DNA of 64,000 bases from Psammoneis japonica (taxonomy: Eukaryota). The stretch lies in contig QPGO01000004.1 of assembly GCA_008632985.1 (NCBI GenBank), positions 620,001 to 684,000 on the forward strand, in the 5' to 3' direction. Below the pieces are notes generated by a model. The model saw only the letters and a program-made list of their open reading frames with translations, was not told the origin of the DNA and did no database searches. How positions within the stretch are numbered: the stretch's first letter is position 1; each line of letters starts with the position of its first letter. Of the stretch, positions 34,995 to 47,327 are shown in pieces. The translations under genes were made by a program, and so were the position numbers.

Positions 34995-37900
34995 CAGAGG
35001 TCCTTTGTGCTCAGCATGGTGACTTCCTTTTGTGTCCTGTTCAGGTGCTTGACACAACAGAGACCAGCTTTCCCCAGTCCTTGTTGGTTGGCTTTCTGAC
35101 TTGTGTGAACCATGCTGCAAATGCAGGGTGCACATCCACAGCCTCTCTTGGACACAAACAGTCCCTTGGCCACCCACCACACAATGTGGAGCATCATCTT
35201 TGCTTCATCAGCTGGCAATCTCATGCAGCTGGTGTCAAGTGGGTTCTCTCCAGCTGGTGTCATGGCAGCATCTGCAATCTTGATCTCTTCCAGGAGCTGT
35301 TCAGTCATGTTGCAAATGCTGTTGGTCATGCAAACTTTCTTCACCTTGCCCTTGGGGCTGAAGTCCAGGACCATTGTGAGGTGATCATGCTTCTTCCTTG
35401 TGTTGCAACAGCTTCACCATGGCTTCCACACATCTTGTCAAGCCAGCTTGGAATTTTGTCATTTGCTTTTGGGTTTAACATGGCTTGACAGCAGGTCATC
35501 TACATGGAAATGTGTGGCACGCCACTTGCCATTGACTGCTTGATTGGCAATGTGCAGATTGTGTGGGTTGAATTTGACCCCAATTTTTTCTAAGTCCTTG
35601 CAAAGTTGCTTGTGCCGCAGCAGAGTTGTGACCAACATGCCACACACAGCTCCAATGTCTTGGGTGCAGAGGACTCTCTTCCCCTTTTCCATGACCACAT
35701 GTGATCCACACAGGCCAGGATTGATGCTGCTGACATGTTGACCAACACTCGTGCAATCTTCATCATGAGTCAGTCTTCACCCTCCTCAGGTTCCAAGGCT
35801 GGTGTCCAAATGAATGTGCTTGGCACAAAAGCATTCATCACATCACATGCTCTTCTTCTGTGGTGTCAACCATGGCTGTCATCAGCATTCCTTCCAATGA
35901 TGTTGTCAGGCTGGCTGAGTTGTCCTTGTCCAGCCATTCTCTGGTCAGTTTTCCATTGCAGACCGCCTGCCCTTTCACACAACCATCTTGTTTCTCCACT
36001 GGGGACATCCAGGCAATCACAGCCTTGGCCCTCTCAGTTGGAGTCATGTCTTCAACTGACATTGGTGCAAAGCACAACCTGTCATGGGGTTGTCTGATCT
36101 CCTTCTCCGAAGCATCACACCCTTTCTGGTCAAATGCTTTTGGGCCTTCATGCAGCAAATGCTGCTGGGCAAAGGAAATGCCCTTTCCTCCCAATTGGAG
36201 TCAGCCCTCAATCTTGCACATGAGTTGTGCCAGTGCTGTTGCTGCTTCCATGTCATGCTTGATGTTGTCCTCTGGGTTGGGACACTCATGTTCATTCACA
36301 AGTGGTGACAGTTTTTGAGTTTTGCGGTGTCTGCTGTGGTGTCTGCCACTCCCGCAAATTGAACTTTCTTCCCTTGGCATGTGTTCTTGTGTTTCTGAAT
36401 GTGTGCTGTGGTGTGGAAGGCTCTGCCAGACCTGGTCCTCCCAGCAGCCAGTCATGTCCATTGCCTCATCTGCTGGTCTTTCTGCTTCCCATCTTTTGAC
36501 TTCTTGGCATTCATTGTCTTTGACTCTCCTCACTCTTTGCCACCCTTGTTTTCTTTGGCATTGTTGCAGCCATCGCACCCCTTGTCCTTGATTTCATTGC
36601 TCTCATGCTGTTGATCAGGGCTGGATCTTTCATCCACTGGGATCTCATTTGCTTCTTTGCACTCTTCACAAGAGTCCCTGCTTCATCTTTGCTGTCATCA
36701 TCTTCTGAGTCAGTGATGATGTTTCTGGTTTCATCTTCATTTTTCTTCATTTGCATCTTTGTCATCACTTTCATCTTCATTGCTTCCCACCCCTGCAGCC
36801 CAACCTGCGCTGCACAGGTTGTCTCTGTGTTTGCCTTTAAATTTAAAATCTTTGATCCCTTGTGCTGTGGCTGTCTTCTTGACTGCCCACATGTGTGTGT
36901 TGGTCAGGGGTGTGACAGTGGCCTGCACTTGCAGGGATTCAGAAACTTGTCCATGTGCAGGTTCATGGTGCAGTGGCTGCCCTCAGCAATGTCAAAGCAT
37001 GGTCACAGACACATGCTGTCAATGCCATGCATGTCCAGCATGGTGTTTTTCAGGTTGTTCTCAATGTGAGGCAGGACAAATTTCCCAAAGGCAAACTCAA
37101 AGTGCTTGTCACAGTCAAGGTTTCTTCATTGCACAACAGTGGGTGTGGACTGAGCATGTCAGAAATTCCTTCTTTCTGTGGGTGCATCTTCAACACGGCA
37201 GTGACATTGATCATGGTGTTCTTGTGCATCAACTTGGGTGTCATCTTGCAAGGCAGATGGTGCACAGTGGCTTGAGTTTGCTCTTTGTGGGACTCAATGC
37301 TCCTCTCAACTTCAGGAACATGGTCCTCACTGTTGGTGTTCATGGACATCAGTTCCAAGTTCACACCATTGGCAACTTCTGCCAGCATGTCCTTGAACTT
37401 GGGATCACACTCAACAAAGTCAATCTTGAACAAAGCCATGTTGTGCTGTTGGAGGATCATGTCCAGCACATCAAACACATCAACATGCTTCTTGGACCTC
37501 AGTCTCACACTTGATTGGCACTCAATCATCTCATGTGTTGCACGCAGCACCCATGCAGCACCTCAACTCCACATGTTTCCATGGGATCAATGCAGAGGAT
37601 CATACCTTCTCTCCTCTTCTCATGTGTTCAAGGTGGGATGGCTGCAATGTTGCTCCTCTCATGGGAGCAATGTGCCCGCTTGGTCTGGCTTTTTAAAGCA
37701 TCTGTTGGTGGACCCCAAATGGCCACCATGCTGTCCACATCTTTGGGTGTGATGGACAACTTCTTCACCTGGGTTGAACACAAAAATGACTTGAACTCCC
37801 TCACACTGGGACTTCCAGGAGCCTTGCAGCATGGTCTGAGAGTGCTTGCTCAGTGCTTGCTGCCTCTCTCTTGGTGCAGCCCATGGAACTCTGTTCCATC

Positions 37901-39200
37901 ATCAGAGCCACAGTTCCAGATGCACCCCTGTGCTTCTTGTTTCTCTTTTTCTTGACTCACTTTCTTGGAGATCTTTTGCATTGTTGAAGAATTCCTGGGT
38001 TGGCACAAAAGCATGTGGCCCAATGCCATTGACTCTGAACACTGCGACTTGTTTGCCAGTCTTCTTGTCTGGCAGCCACAGCTCGTCCACCACTCAGCTG
38101 GCATGTGTTGCACAGCATTTGCTCTTCACATCCTTTGAACTGAGAATCTTTGCCATCACATTCTCTGATCCAAACTTCATGTCTCCCCATCCAGGCATGG
38201 TGCAGTCCTTGTCTGGGGCATCCACTCCTGCACTCATGGGGATGGACCAACCCCAAACCCCAACCCTTGCCAATCAAACATTGTGCACTGGTCTCTGGCT
38301 GCTGCTGCGCTGAGGGTGGAATCGTTGTCAAGGATGATCTCTTCCATCTTGATGCCCACACTGGCTCAGCTCATGCTTGTCTCTGGTCTTTCATTTGCCA
38401 GTTGCAACCCATGCCATGCAGTGCTCCTGATTTGCCTGGAGCAGGTTGATTGGTCAGATCTGGCAGTGTCAACACTCATGTTGTTGCTGTCCACTGATGA
38501 GTGGTCATCATTCCCAACATGTGTTTGTGCATGACTCTGTCCCTCAATGTCCAGCTTCCCTCAGGCATTCTTGATTCAATTGTCACACGCAATGTCTTTT
38601 TGATGCTGCTTGCAGTCCAGGGACTTGTGGCTCAGTTTGCCACAACAACAGCGACACACCACAGCATCATTCTGGCTGCTCTTCTCTGAGCATGGCTCTG
38701 GTCCTTTGTGTTGTCAGACTGACAGTTGTTCTTGTCATTGTTGTTGCCATTCTTGCCATCTCTTCCTTTGTTTTTCTTCCTCATGTGCAAATTGCAAGGG
38801 TTGTTGTCTTTCAGACAGTTCAGCAATGCAGCCATTGCCTCCTCAGCAGTCATCTAAAATCTTGGCAAACACACATGTCTTGCTCTCTTTGAACTGCTTT
38901 ACTTTCTCATGGTGGTCACTCAGCTGTGCTTTGTGCTTGAACTCCAGCTCCTTGTCCTTGTGCTCTTTCTTTTGCAGAGCATCCCAGCAAACTTTAGCTG
39001 TTGTGTCTGATGGCACAGTTGCTTGTCCCCTTCTGCCACACTCACCAAGTGCACTGGAAGTGTGGGTTGGCTGGCACCAGCGCAGCCAGCAAAGGAGTGA
39101 CAGCATTTAAAAATTAGAGCTGTCATTTTTTTGTGGCACAGTTGCTGCGGGTGCTTTTAAGGTGGGTTTTTGGGATCAAAATTCTTGCATTTCATGTCTT
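34995..39200 (-). mobile_element. Old degenerate Ty1/copia element (gag-PR-IN-RT), different lineage from 14438-21544
   Basis: Protease IILDNDST (~38330). Integrase EDHVPEVERS (~37310). RT KQDGCVKG...NGKLTREW (~35960) and FHVDDLLSSH (~35500). Many frameshifts. Confidence 0.85.
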
Positions 39201-42200
39201 CTAAAGAACTTGCCATGTGCACACCATGTTCGTGCTCCTTCTGCATGCAACAGACAATGATCTTCTCTTTGACATCTTCTCATGTGGCATTGCAAGGAAG
39301 TGTTGCTGTTCAGTGATGAAGGATGGAGCTTCATCTCATGCTGAAATGCTTCTCAGTGTTGGTCTTCTTCTTTGAGTTAGATTGCCTGTGCCTCTTGTCA
39401 CCTCTGCCATGACCACAACTTTGGCCTCTTCGTTGTTTGTTCTGCCACCTCCTCTGCCACTCAGTGTGCAGGCATTCAGTGTTCAACTGACTGTGTGCAG
39501 GCCAGCACATGAAAGCACTGAGTGCAGCACCAGAGCCACTTTTTGGAGAGTGAATGTTGAGCCAGCAAGTCAATGCAACCAAAATGGAATCCTCTCAGGC
39601 TTCCTGCACCACTTGAAACACTTGCCTCAGTGATCTGCAATGGCTGTGGGTTGCCAAAGGTGTCAGTGTAAACTGCAAACTTGCATGACGACAGGCACCT
39701 GCTGATGCTGAATGACAAATTGTGCAAACCAAATGAGGGCTCACTCCAAGGAGTGAGATGAAAAAACAAAGGTGAGAGGTTGGTGATGGCAAAGCTTTTC
39801 TCACAACAACAAGCCACCCAGCAAACCATGTCAGAAGTCAAACATCTTTTCTTCAACCCACCTGAGTTCTTTGTGACTCCCATGATCTGGATGTCAAAAC
39901 ATGCCCACAGAAGCATGTGTCTGCTGCAAAGGACAGCAGAGCCTTGAGATGAGAGAAAACTGGCCTTGTTGACTTTTTTGAAGTTTTTGCAAAAAAGTGG
40001 AGAAAAAGGACTTTCTGGTGGCACAAAAAATTGTCAAAACTGGGAGTTGTTGTCAGAGAAATTGCCCTCTGTTCCATCTGTTAAAAAAACTTTTTCTGCT
40101 TGGCTCTGCACACAGCTCTCATGCACAAGGAAAATGTGCATCCGCCAACCTTGGCACAACCATGGCATGGCACATTTGGGTTGATTGCCGCTGAGGCTTG
40201 TGGTGTGAAAGTTGCCAACACACAGCATTCAACCAAGACACAGTGAGAGCAAATTGTTGAATGCAGCACAGGCTGTGCTCAAGGCATGCTTTGCTGATTT
40301 GCTCAAAAGCTTTTCCAACAATCAACAATGAACTGCCTGCTTGCACTGCCAGGAAGGAGCTTTTTCTTTCTCTTGTGATTTGCTGGTGTTGTGTGTTGTG
40401 GCACAGCTGTGCAGCATGCTCCACGCAAGGTGGCGCATGAGCACAGCTGCCATTGCACTTCATTGTCATGGGATGGATGCACTCCAGCTCTGGGTGGGAC
40501 CCAGAGTGCTGCTGAACTGTGACACTGATGTTTTTTGTTGTGTGCCACATGTCATGCAAGTGCATTTCCACATGACTTTGGTGGAACTTTGTGTCATTTT
40601 GCAGTGCAGTTGTTGAGCAATCCATTCAACAACTGACTTTTGACAGTTTTTTGTGCAAAGCCATTCTTGAACATCTGCAGAGTGGTGCAGGGTGCAGGGC
40701 AGGGCAGATTTTCAAAAACTTTGAGTGTGCAGAGGCACAAATGCACTGCAAACTTGGTCATTTGTTCGTGTGTGTTGAAGACAAACATGCCCAGCATTGA
40801 CAGAGTGCACAGTGCAGAGATCACATGCAGAACTCTGCAGGCCCAGAAACTTTTTTTCAAAAAACTCAGCTCCATTCTGTGTGGTGGGATCAGTTGATCT
40901 CGTGCTTTTTGCACAGGGCTTTTTGCACCTTCCCACTCAACAACAGTGCTCTCCCTCCGAAAAGTCCACACAGCTGCAGCAGCTCACCTGCACACACTGC
41001 TTTTTCTGTTGCAAATGTTGCAGCATCAGATTGTGTCAGAGGCTTGTCGCAAAACATGCACTTTTGCACCCTTCGCTGGCTGTGTTTGTCAATCATTGCA
41101 TTTGCTGTCACTGTCACTGCTCACAAACTGGTTTTGTGTGCACTGTTTTTGCCTTTGTCTTGAAAGGGCTTTGGCGCATGCTGCTGCTGCTGCTGCTGCA
41201 GCATGAACCTGCTCCATTGTCAAGCTGGGGCAATGTTGACTGCAAGCCATCTCAATGCCCAAGAGAGTGTCTTGTGTTTTTTGCTGAAGGAGCTGATTTT
41301 TCAGCAGCAGATGTGCATTGCATGTCTCTGGAAGACACCAGTGTGGTCAGGCACAAGTTCAAAGGATGCAAATGCAGGAGGTTCGTGCTTTTCCAAAGCA
41401 AAGTCCCCAGAGAACAAGGGCTTTGCCAATGCTCAAATTCCAGCAAAGCAAGGCTCTGGCACAGCTTTGTGAACAGGAGCTGGCAAATGGCATGAACCAA
41501 GCCACCAGCACTGATGCCAGAGACAGTCTTGTGTCACCCCAAATGCAATGAATGTTGTGTGTGAAAGCCTTTTTCAGTCAGCTGCCAGAGCGCATCAGGC
41601 TCCATCATGGTTTTAGATGCTTGCAACTGTTGCCAACTGCCTGTGCTTGTCAGGAGAGAGGAAAAACAACCAAACAACACTTGCCAGCAACCCACAGCAG
41701 ATGTCTCACACAAGTTGTCAACGACCCCCAGAACAACATCCCCACCATTCATGGATGCAATGGATGCTGCCTGCATTCCTCTGCTTCCTGCTTCTGACAG
41801 ACCCTGTTTGCACACCACTTTGCACAATCTTTGGAGCTTTTCTTCCACTTTCACCTGCTGTTTGGCTCTTTTGTCAGCTGTCAATCACATGAAATGTGCA
41901 AGCGCCATTGTCCTCAAATGTCGACTTTTTGCTGTGCAGCCATTTCAGAATTTCAGCCACAGTTTTCACTGGCAATTTCACAGCATGTGAAACCACTGTC
42001 CAGCAACAGAAATTTGGTGGAACACTTTGCACAGCAATGCACACATGTGTCTGTGGCAGCAACCTGAGCAAGAGCCTGCCACTTGCTTCATGTGGTGAGC
42101 AGGCTCCACATCAACTGTCAACCAAGTGGAGCTCAAATTGCTTGACAATGTCCTCATGCAGCCCTTGTGTTTTGCCCCATTGTTTGGGCACAACAATGGA

Positions 42201-43338
42201 GCAGTTTCACACTGCAACAGCATGCCAAAACCCTTTCAAGACAAAGTGAAAAAACAGCACACAAACCAGCTTGTCAGTGGCAGTGGTGACAACTGCGAAT
42301 GAAGCGATCGACAAACACAGCAGATGGCACACAAGTGAGTTTTCATGACAATCAGGGTTTTTTGCATTGACCCTTTTTTAGTGTGGTGATGGGCTGCCTT
42401 GCCTCCCTCAACTGATGCCACAACAGCGTGCACAGAACAGAGACAGTGCGAGCACAAAAGGTGAGCCGCTGCAACTGCGGGTGTGCCAGAAAGGGGGGGG
42501 GAGTTTTGTTGTCAAGTGAGAAGGTGCAAAAAGCCTCATGTAAAAAGCACAATGTGTGTCTGTCCATTCTTCATGTGTCTCCACAGAAAAATGGTGGGCC
42601 GAAAGTTGTTCATGTCACACGGAGTTCCAGAACGCGTTTGCGGCAGCACCGCTTTTTGTTGGGGCACCTTTCGATGATGGTGCACAGCGGTGATGTGGAG
42701 ACCATTGCAGTGGCCTTTTTGCATGAAAAAAGAGAGAACCGATTGAGGTGGAGGCCGGTGTGAGGCTTTTTTCTCATCCATCCGAAGGTTTCAGCTGTTG
42801 GGGGGTTGTGGTCGACGGGGGGGGGCAAAAAATGAAGGGCAGCAATCGGGTGTCAACAGAGTGTCATCGCACCCTGACACTCTGACACTAATGCTTAACA
42901 GCAGTTTTCTTCCCAATTAAGAGTCCTAATGATCTTCGAAATTTTTAATTAAAAATAATATTGTGTATGAATTTAATATTACATTCGCTCATGTTGAATT
43001 AAGAATTGACGCCAAGGTCAGTATGTTTCCTACGCTCCTCACACGTACTTCTTGTCTCGCGTGCGTCACACTTATTTCCATTTAACGCGCGAAAAATGCC
43101 GCTGAGCGAATCAATCTGTCGCACAGAAATACGCATCGGATGCATCACTCATTTTTCTTGACACCGCCTTCTGCCCAACGCGACACTCACGAATCATGAT
43201 CGGAACGAGAAAGCGAGCAGCCGAATATTAGTTTCTGTGACATTCGTGTCAGTAGCAGCAGCCAATCACGGCTGGGGCGACGGGAGTTCGGCGTCACTTG
43301 TAATCACATCCCATTTCTTCACCACAGGAACACCGAAA

Positions 43339-43971
43339 ATGCCCAAGCTCTCTAAACGACGTGCAGTTCACCTCGATGGATCAGCAAGAGCAACAGTGCC
43401 GAACTTGACAGCGGCACCAAGACAGGTTTCGTTTGAGTCGTCTGATGGAGACGGATCAGTTTCGTGCGCCTCACCAAAACTCGAAGGTCTTTCCCCTCCA
43501 AGATCCCCGGTCTCATCTTCTGCATCAATACAGAGATGTGCTCTTCGGAGACCATCAACGTCCTTCTCCTTATCAAGTTTGGTCATGACACCACCCCAAA
43601 CACGTTCGTGTGATACTTCGCCATTACCTCATTCATCTCCATCACAGGATGGCAACAGCAGTTGCTATGCGTGGGGTCAGTTTGTGGATGTAATCCCTCC
43701 TGGCTCACCTGGCGACGACCACGAGAATGTGGTGTTTCACCCTGGTTCTCCTGGTACTGAAGTGTCCAAGAACTGCCACGAACCATATCGGCGCGGAAGA
43801 CGCCGCCATCGCCGCCTTCTCAAGCAAGGCAGCAACGATAAGCCAGATAGTGGATTCCTTCCTGGCTTTGTCCTTTCGATTCCTATTTCACCAAGACGGG
43901 AACAAGAGTCTCTTCAAAGCGAACTCCGAGCGATGAAGAGGAAAACTCATGCGATTTTGTTAACGCAATGA
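43339..43971 (+). CDS. Hypothetical Ser/Pro-rich protein
   Basis: 210-aa ORF in normal-composition DNA containing a short WGQFVDV motif. Confidence 0.55.
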   Translation: MPKLSKRRAVHLDGSARATVPNLTAAPRQVSFESSDGDGSVSCASPKLEGLSPPRSPVSSSASIQRCALRRPSTSFSLSSLVMTPPQTRSCDTSPLPHSSPSQDGNSSCYAWGQFVDVIPPGSPGDDHENVVFHPGSPGTEVSKNCHEPYRRGRRRHRRLLKQGSNDKPDSGFLPGFVLSIPISPRREQESLQSELRAMKRKTHAILLTQ

Positions 43972-44812
43972 AGCGCATGCGTGTTTAAAGGGCCGCGAGA
44001 ACCAAGCTGCCCAAGACGCCTCGTGTGGCCGACAAAATGTACAGTACTCCCAGTGTTGGACACGAGAAGCGTTACACAACTGCCTGCGAGCACAAGAGGA
44101 CTCGAGTTTCATCAAGAATTTGCACCTATTTTCTTTTGGTGCTGCCGTGGCTCGTTCCTCAAGAAATCCTGAAGCAACGTCTATGGATAGGCAACGACCT
44201 GCCATCTGCTTTCAGGTACTGAAACAAGACTGCTGTACTAGGGTTAAACACAGCTTCTGTAAAATACTAGAGATCATAATATTCAAAAAGCATGTTTGCA
44301 TACTTTTAGCTGTTCGCTTCACGAGCTACATACCGTAGCCACTAGCTAGAGGTACTTCTAGAGCAGAAACACCGCGAAGATCAACACTGCAGTCACTGGT
44401 CTACTATTAGCAAGGTCAAGGGCACAAACGAAACGCTTCCTTATTTTGTTTCAGGCTCTGTAGGGATGAGCTTCTATTACCATTGCATATTGCATTAGCT
44501 GGCTGTAGAGACTTACTGTAGGAGGGTTCTGACCAATTGCAGACCTCTCAAGCTGCGCTGGGAGTGGCCTTCGCCAAGTTGTCACGAACCTCTTCCAGAT
44601 CGACGAACCCTCGAAAGAACGAACGCATGACGCACGGCTTGAGGACCCAAGCGCGACGCGTGCGCGCTGCGGCTCGCTGGGGTGGAACAAAACTGTCTGT
44701 CCGCTTGTACGGCTCGCGGCATTCTTTTCGGTTCGACTGAGATCGTCCATGATACTTTTGCGTTTTGCGTTGCGCTTGTCGTCGTCGTTATAAGTTTCCA
44801 TTCATTCCTACA

Positions 44813-45590
44813 ATGTTCGAGGCGGCGCCATACATGGAGAATCAGCAGGATGAGATGCCAGGCCTGAAAAAGGGCGAAGTGTCGACGGGAACGACAATTA
44901 TGGCGGTCCCCTTTGAAGGTGGTGTCGTTTTGGGTGCGGATTCGAGGGTGTCGACTGGAACCTACATTGCCAATCGCGTTTCTGACAAAATCGCTCAGCT
45001 TTCCGAGCATATCTTTTGCTGTCGTTCTGGAAGTGCTGCCGATACTCAGGCCATTTCGGACTACGTCAAGCATTACCTAGCTCAGCTCACGTAAGTGCGA
45101 CTGTATCGATTGTGAAGATTCTGTCTGTTAAATAAATATGTTCTCAGTCGATGTTGTCTCGTTGTTCACTACTTTTTTCGACAGTGTCGAGACAGGCAGG
45201 CAGCCCACAGTCAAGACGGCTGCTCACCTTATGCGACGCCTCTGCTACGAGAACAAGAATCAGCTCATGGCAAATGTGATTGTGGCTGGTTGGGACAGTG
45301 TGGAGGGAGGTTCTGTCTATAACATTCCCTTGGGAGGCTCTTGTATAAAGATGCCATTTGCCATTGGCGGTTCTGGATCTACCTACATTTATGGTTTGAT
45401 AGATTCGACCTTCCAGGAGGGCATGTCTGCCGAAGATACGAGGACTCTTGTCAAGAAAACCATTGCTCATGCCATGGCACGGGACGGAAGTTCCGGTGGT
45501 ATCATTCGGACAGTGGTAGTAACTAGTGAAAACAATGACAGGGACTACACTCCTGGTGACCAGCTTCCTTATGGACCGGGTGGGTGGTAA
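44813..45590 (+). CDS. PSMB6: 20S proteasome subunit beta-1
   Basis: [11 protein letters not shown] catalytic Thr, [24 protein letters not shown] and RDGSSGG. Intron at 45091-45184. Confidence 0.96.
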
Positions 45591-46162
45591 ACTCCTAACA
45601 TACCTCAGTTGCAGTTGGCCGCTCTTGATACTAAACTTTTGGTTGATTCATGTAGTACTTTGCATCGGTTCAGTCTTAGTTAGACTATGTCGAATATAGT
45701 TGGAGTGATACGTCCAACTCTATGATGCAGCTTTCTCCACCATGTTGAATCGATTCATTCCGCTCCTTATTCTCTGCGGTCCCTTCTTTATGGAAGTACA
45801 AACCCCCATCCGTCCCCTGCTATCCCTGCTATAAGTGCATCAAACTAAAGCTACCCTTTCTTGTTCAGCGGAAACAGCCCTCCCAGAGCCGTGTTGCATC
45901 AAACGTACTGTACAGGCAACCCCCCTTGCTAGTTACGGCACACCCTTCACTTTAAACACTCGTATCGATGAGATCAACGAAGAAGTTGTTTCCATCACTC
46001 CAATGCGAGGAATACGTACTCCGGAATCTCGGCATGAATCGCACCTCAGCAAAAGAAGAAAAAGCTTCGACAAGTGGATCGCTAGTAGCAACTGGACATG
46101 CCGAATAGTATACTACATCTTGGTGCTCCTTTGCATGCTTACTTTCTTCGCGGTCGAAACCG

Positions 46163-46975
46163 TCACCGTAGAGATGTCGCTCTACTCCAAAATTGTATCG
46201 ACGAAAGCTTTTTGGCTCTTTCGGCAGAGAGCGCATCTGCTCTATCATATTGAGCTCTTATCCACCTGGAAAGCTTTCGGTCGACAGAGATATTTGCATA
46301 TGAGTACGAGTACTTGTGAGATTCGAACTGATCAAGCATGGTCTTGCAACGTTCAAACATTTGGTCCCACGTAACTCGTTCCGAGTTAATGCTAAAGCAG
46401 AACCCAATCTCACGAAGACGCGCCTGTCGTTCCACAGTCATTTTATTTTTCTTCAGCAATTGCCGCTGATTCTTGACCCACGTGGCTAGCTTTGGATTTT
46501 CTGGATACTTTTGAGGCACGGAGCAGTCGCCTTTTTCGTCTTTGTATGCACATAGCTTGGCGAACATTATATTCCAAATACCATTCTGAACTTGCCGTCT
46601 GTTACTCTCATGTTTTGGAACGCTAGTCTTTCGAGTTTCTGGTTGCAGCTTAGCCTCTTCTCTTGGTCGTTTTGCTGGTCGCTCATCAGACGCTGGTGCT
46701 GTCTCTCCGTTTGTTTGTGATTTACTTGTAGACTCGTGAGTGTCTGGTTGAGGCTCTGTCTTTTTTCCTGATCGTTCCGCTGGCCGATTTTCAGAGACTG
46801 GTGATGCTTTTACCACCCATTTTCTTGCTGTTTCTCTTGTCCGTTGTTTACTCGGTACCTTGTACCCTTCAATCAATCGGTGTCTTATCCTGCCGGTTGG
46901 ACGCTTCGATGCCTCACATGGTTGTGCACGTCGTTTTTTCTTCAGCGGTGTCGACTTCAACAGCTGTGGCGGCAT
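46163..46975 (-). CDS. Helicase-associated (HA) domain protein
   Basis: WNIMFAKLCAYKDEKGDCSVPQKYPENPKLATWVKNQR...LREIGF, plus a second degenerate repeat. The 5' end is uncertain. Confidence 0.8.
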   Translation of the reverse strand: MPPQLLKSTPLKKKRRAQPCEASKRPTGRIRHRLIEGYKVPSKQRTRETARKWVVKASPVSENRPAERSGKKTEPQPDTHESTSKSQTNGETAPASDERPAKRPREEAKLQPETRKTSVPKHESNRRQVQNGIWNIMFAKLCAYKDEKGDCSVPQKYPENPKLATWVKNQRQLLKKNKMTVERQARLREIGFCFSINSERVTWDQMFERCKTMLDQFESHKYSYSYANISVDRKLSRWIRAQYDRADALSAERAKKLSSIQFWSRATSLR

Positions 46976-47327
46976 TATCTTGCGGTTCCTCGTTCAACGT
47001 TAGCTTGAGCAATGTCTGTGACATGTGAAACCGAAGGACCGCGTTCCGAAGGAAAAGTTCGAACGATCAACGAGAACACGACCACTTCTTCCCATCCCTT
47101 CACGTGATTTTGTGGCGGGAAGAACGCCCATATTGAATAATACCTTCGTAATTGAAGATAATTTAATCTTGTGATGCCCGTACTGAAAGTGCGTGCAATG
47201 TACGTGCCTCCCGTGTGCGTACGTCGCGTGCGACGGCGTGAGAAAGAGAAGTGCAACCGCTGGATGGACAACGGCGTGAGAGAGTTGACGTTGACGGCAG
47301 AGTTACTTACTTGTGGCGGAGTTCAGA

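Larger units (their letters stand above)
30180..42885. mobile_element. Island of nested, highly degenerate transposable-element remnants
   Basis: Recognisable gypsy and copia fragments and internal direct and inverted repeats. TpA and CpG are nearly absent. Confidence 0.88.

Noticed and set aside
30161..42828. Dozens of Cys/His-rich ORFs as metal-binding proteins or a novel gene cluster
   Set aside because: They are a by-product of TG/CA enrichment and the loss of TAA/TAG. They overlap in all frames and on both strands of TE remnants.
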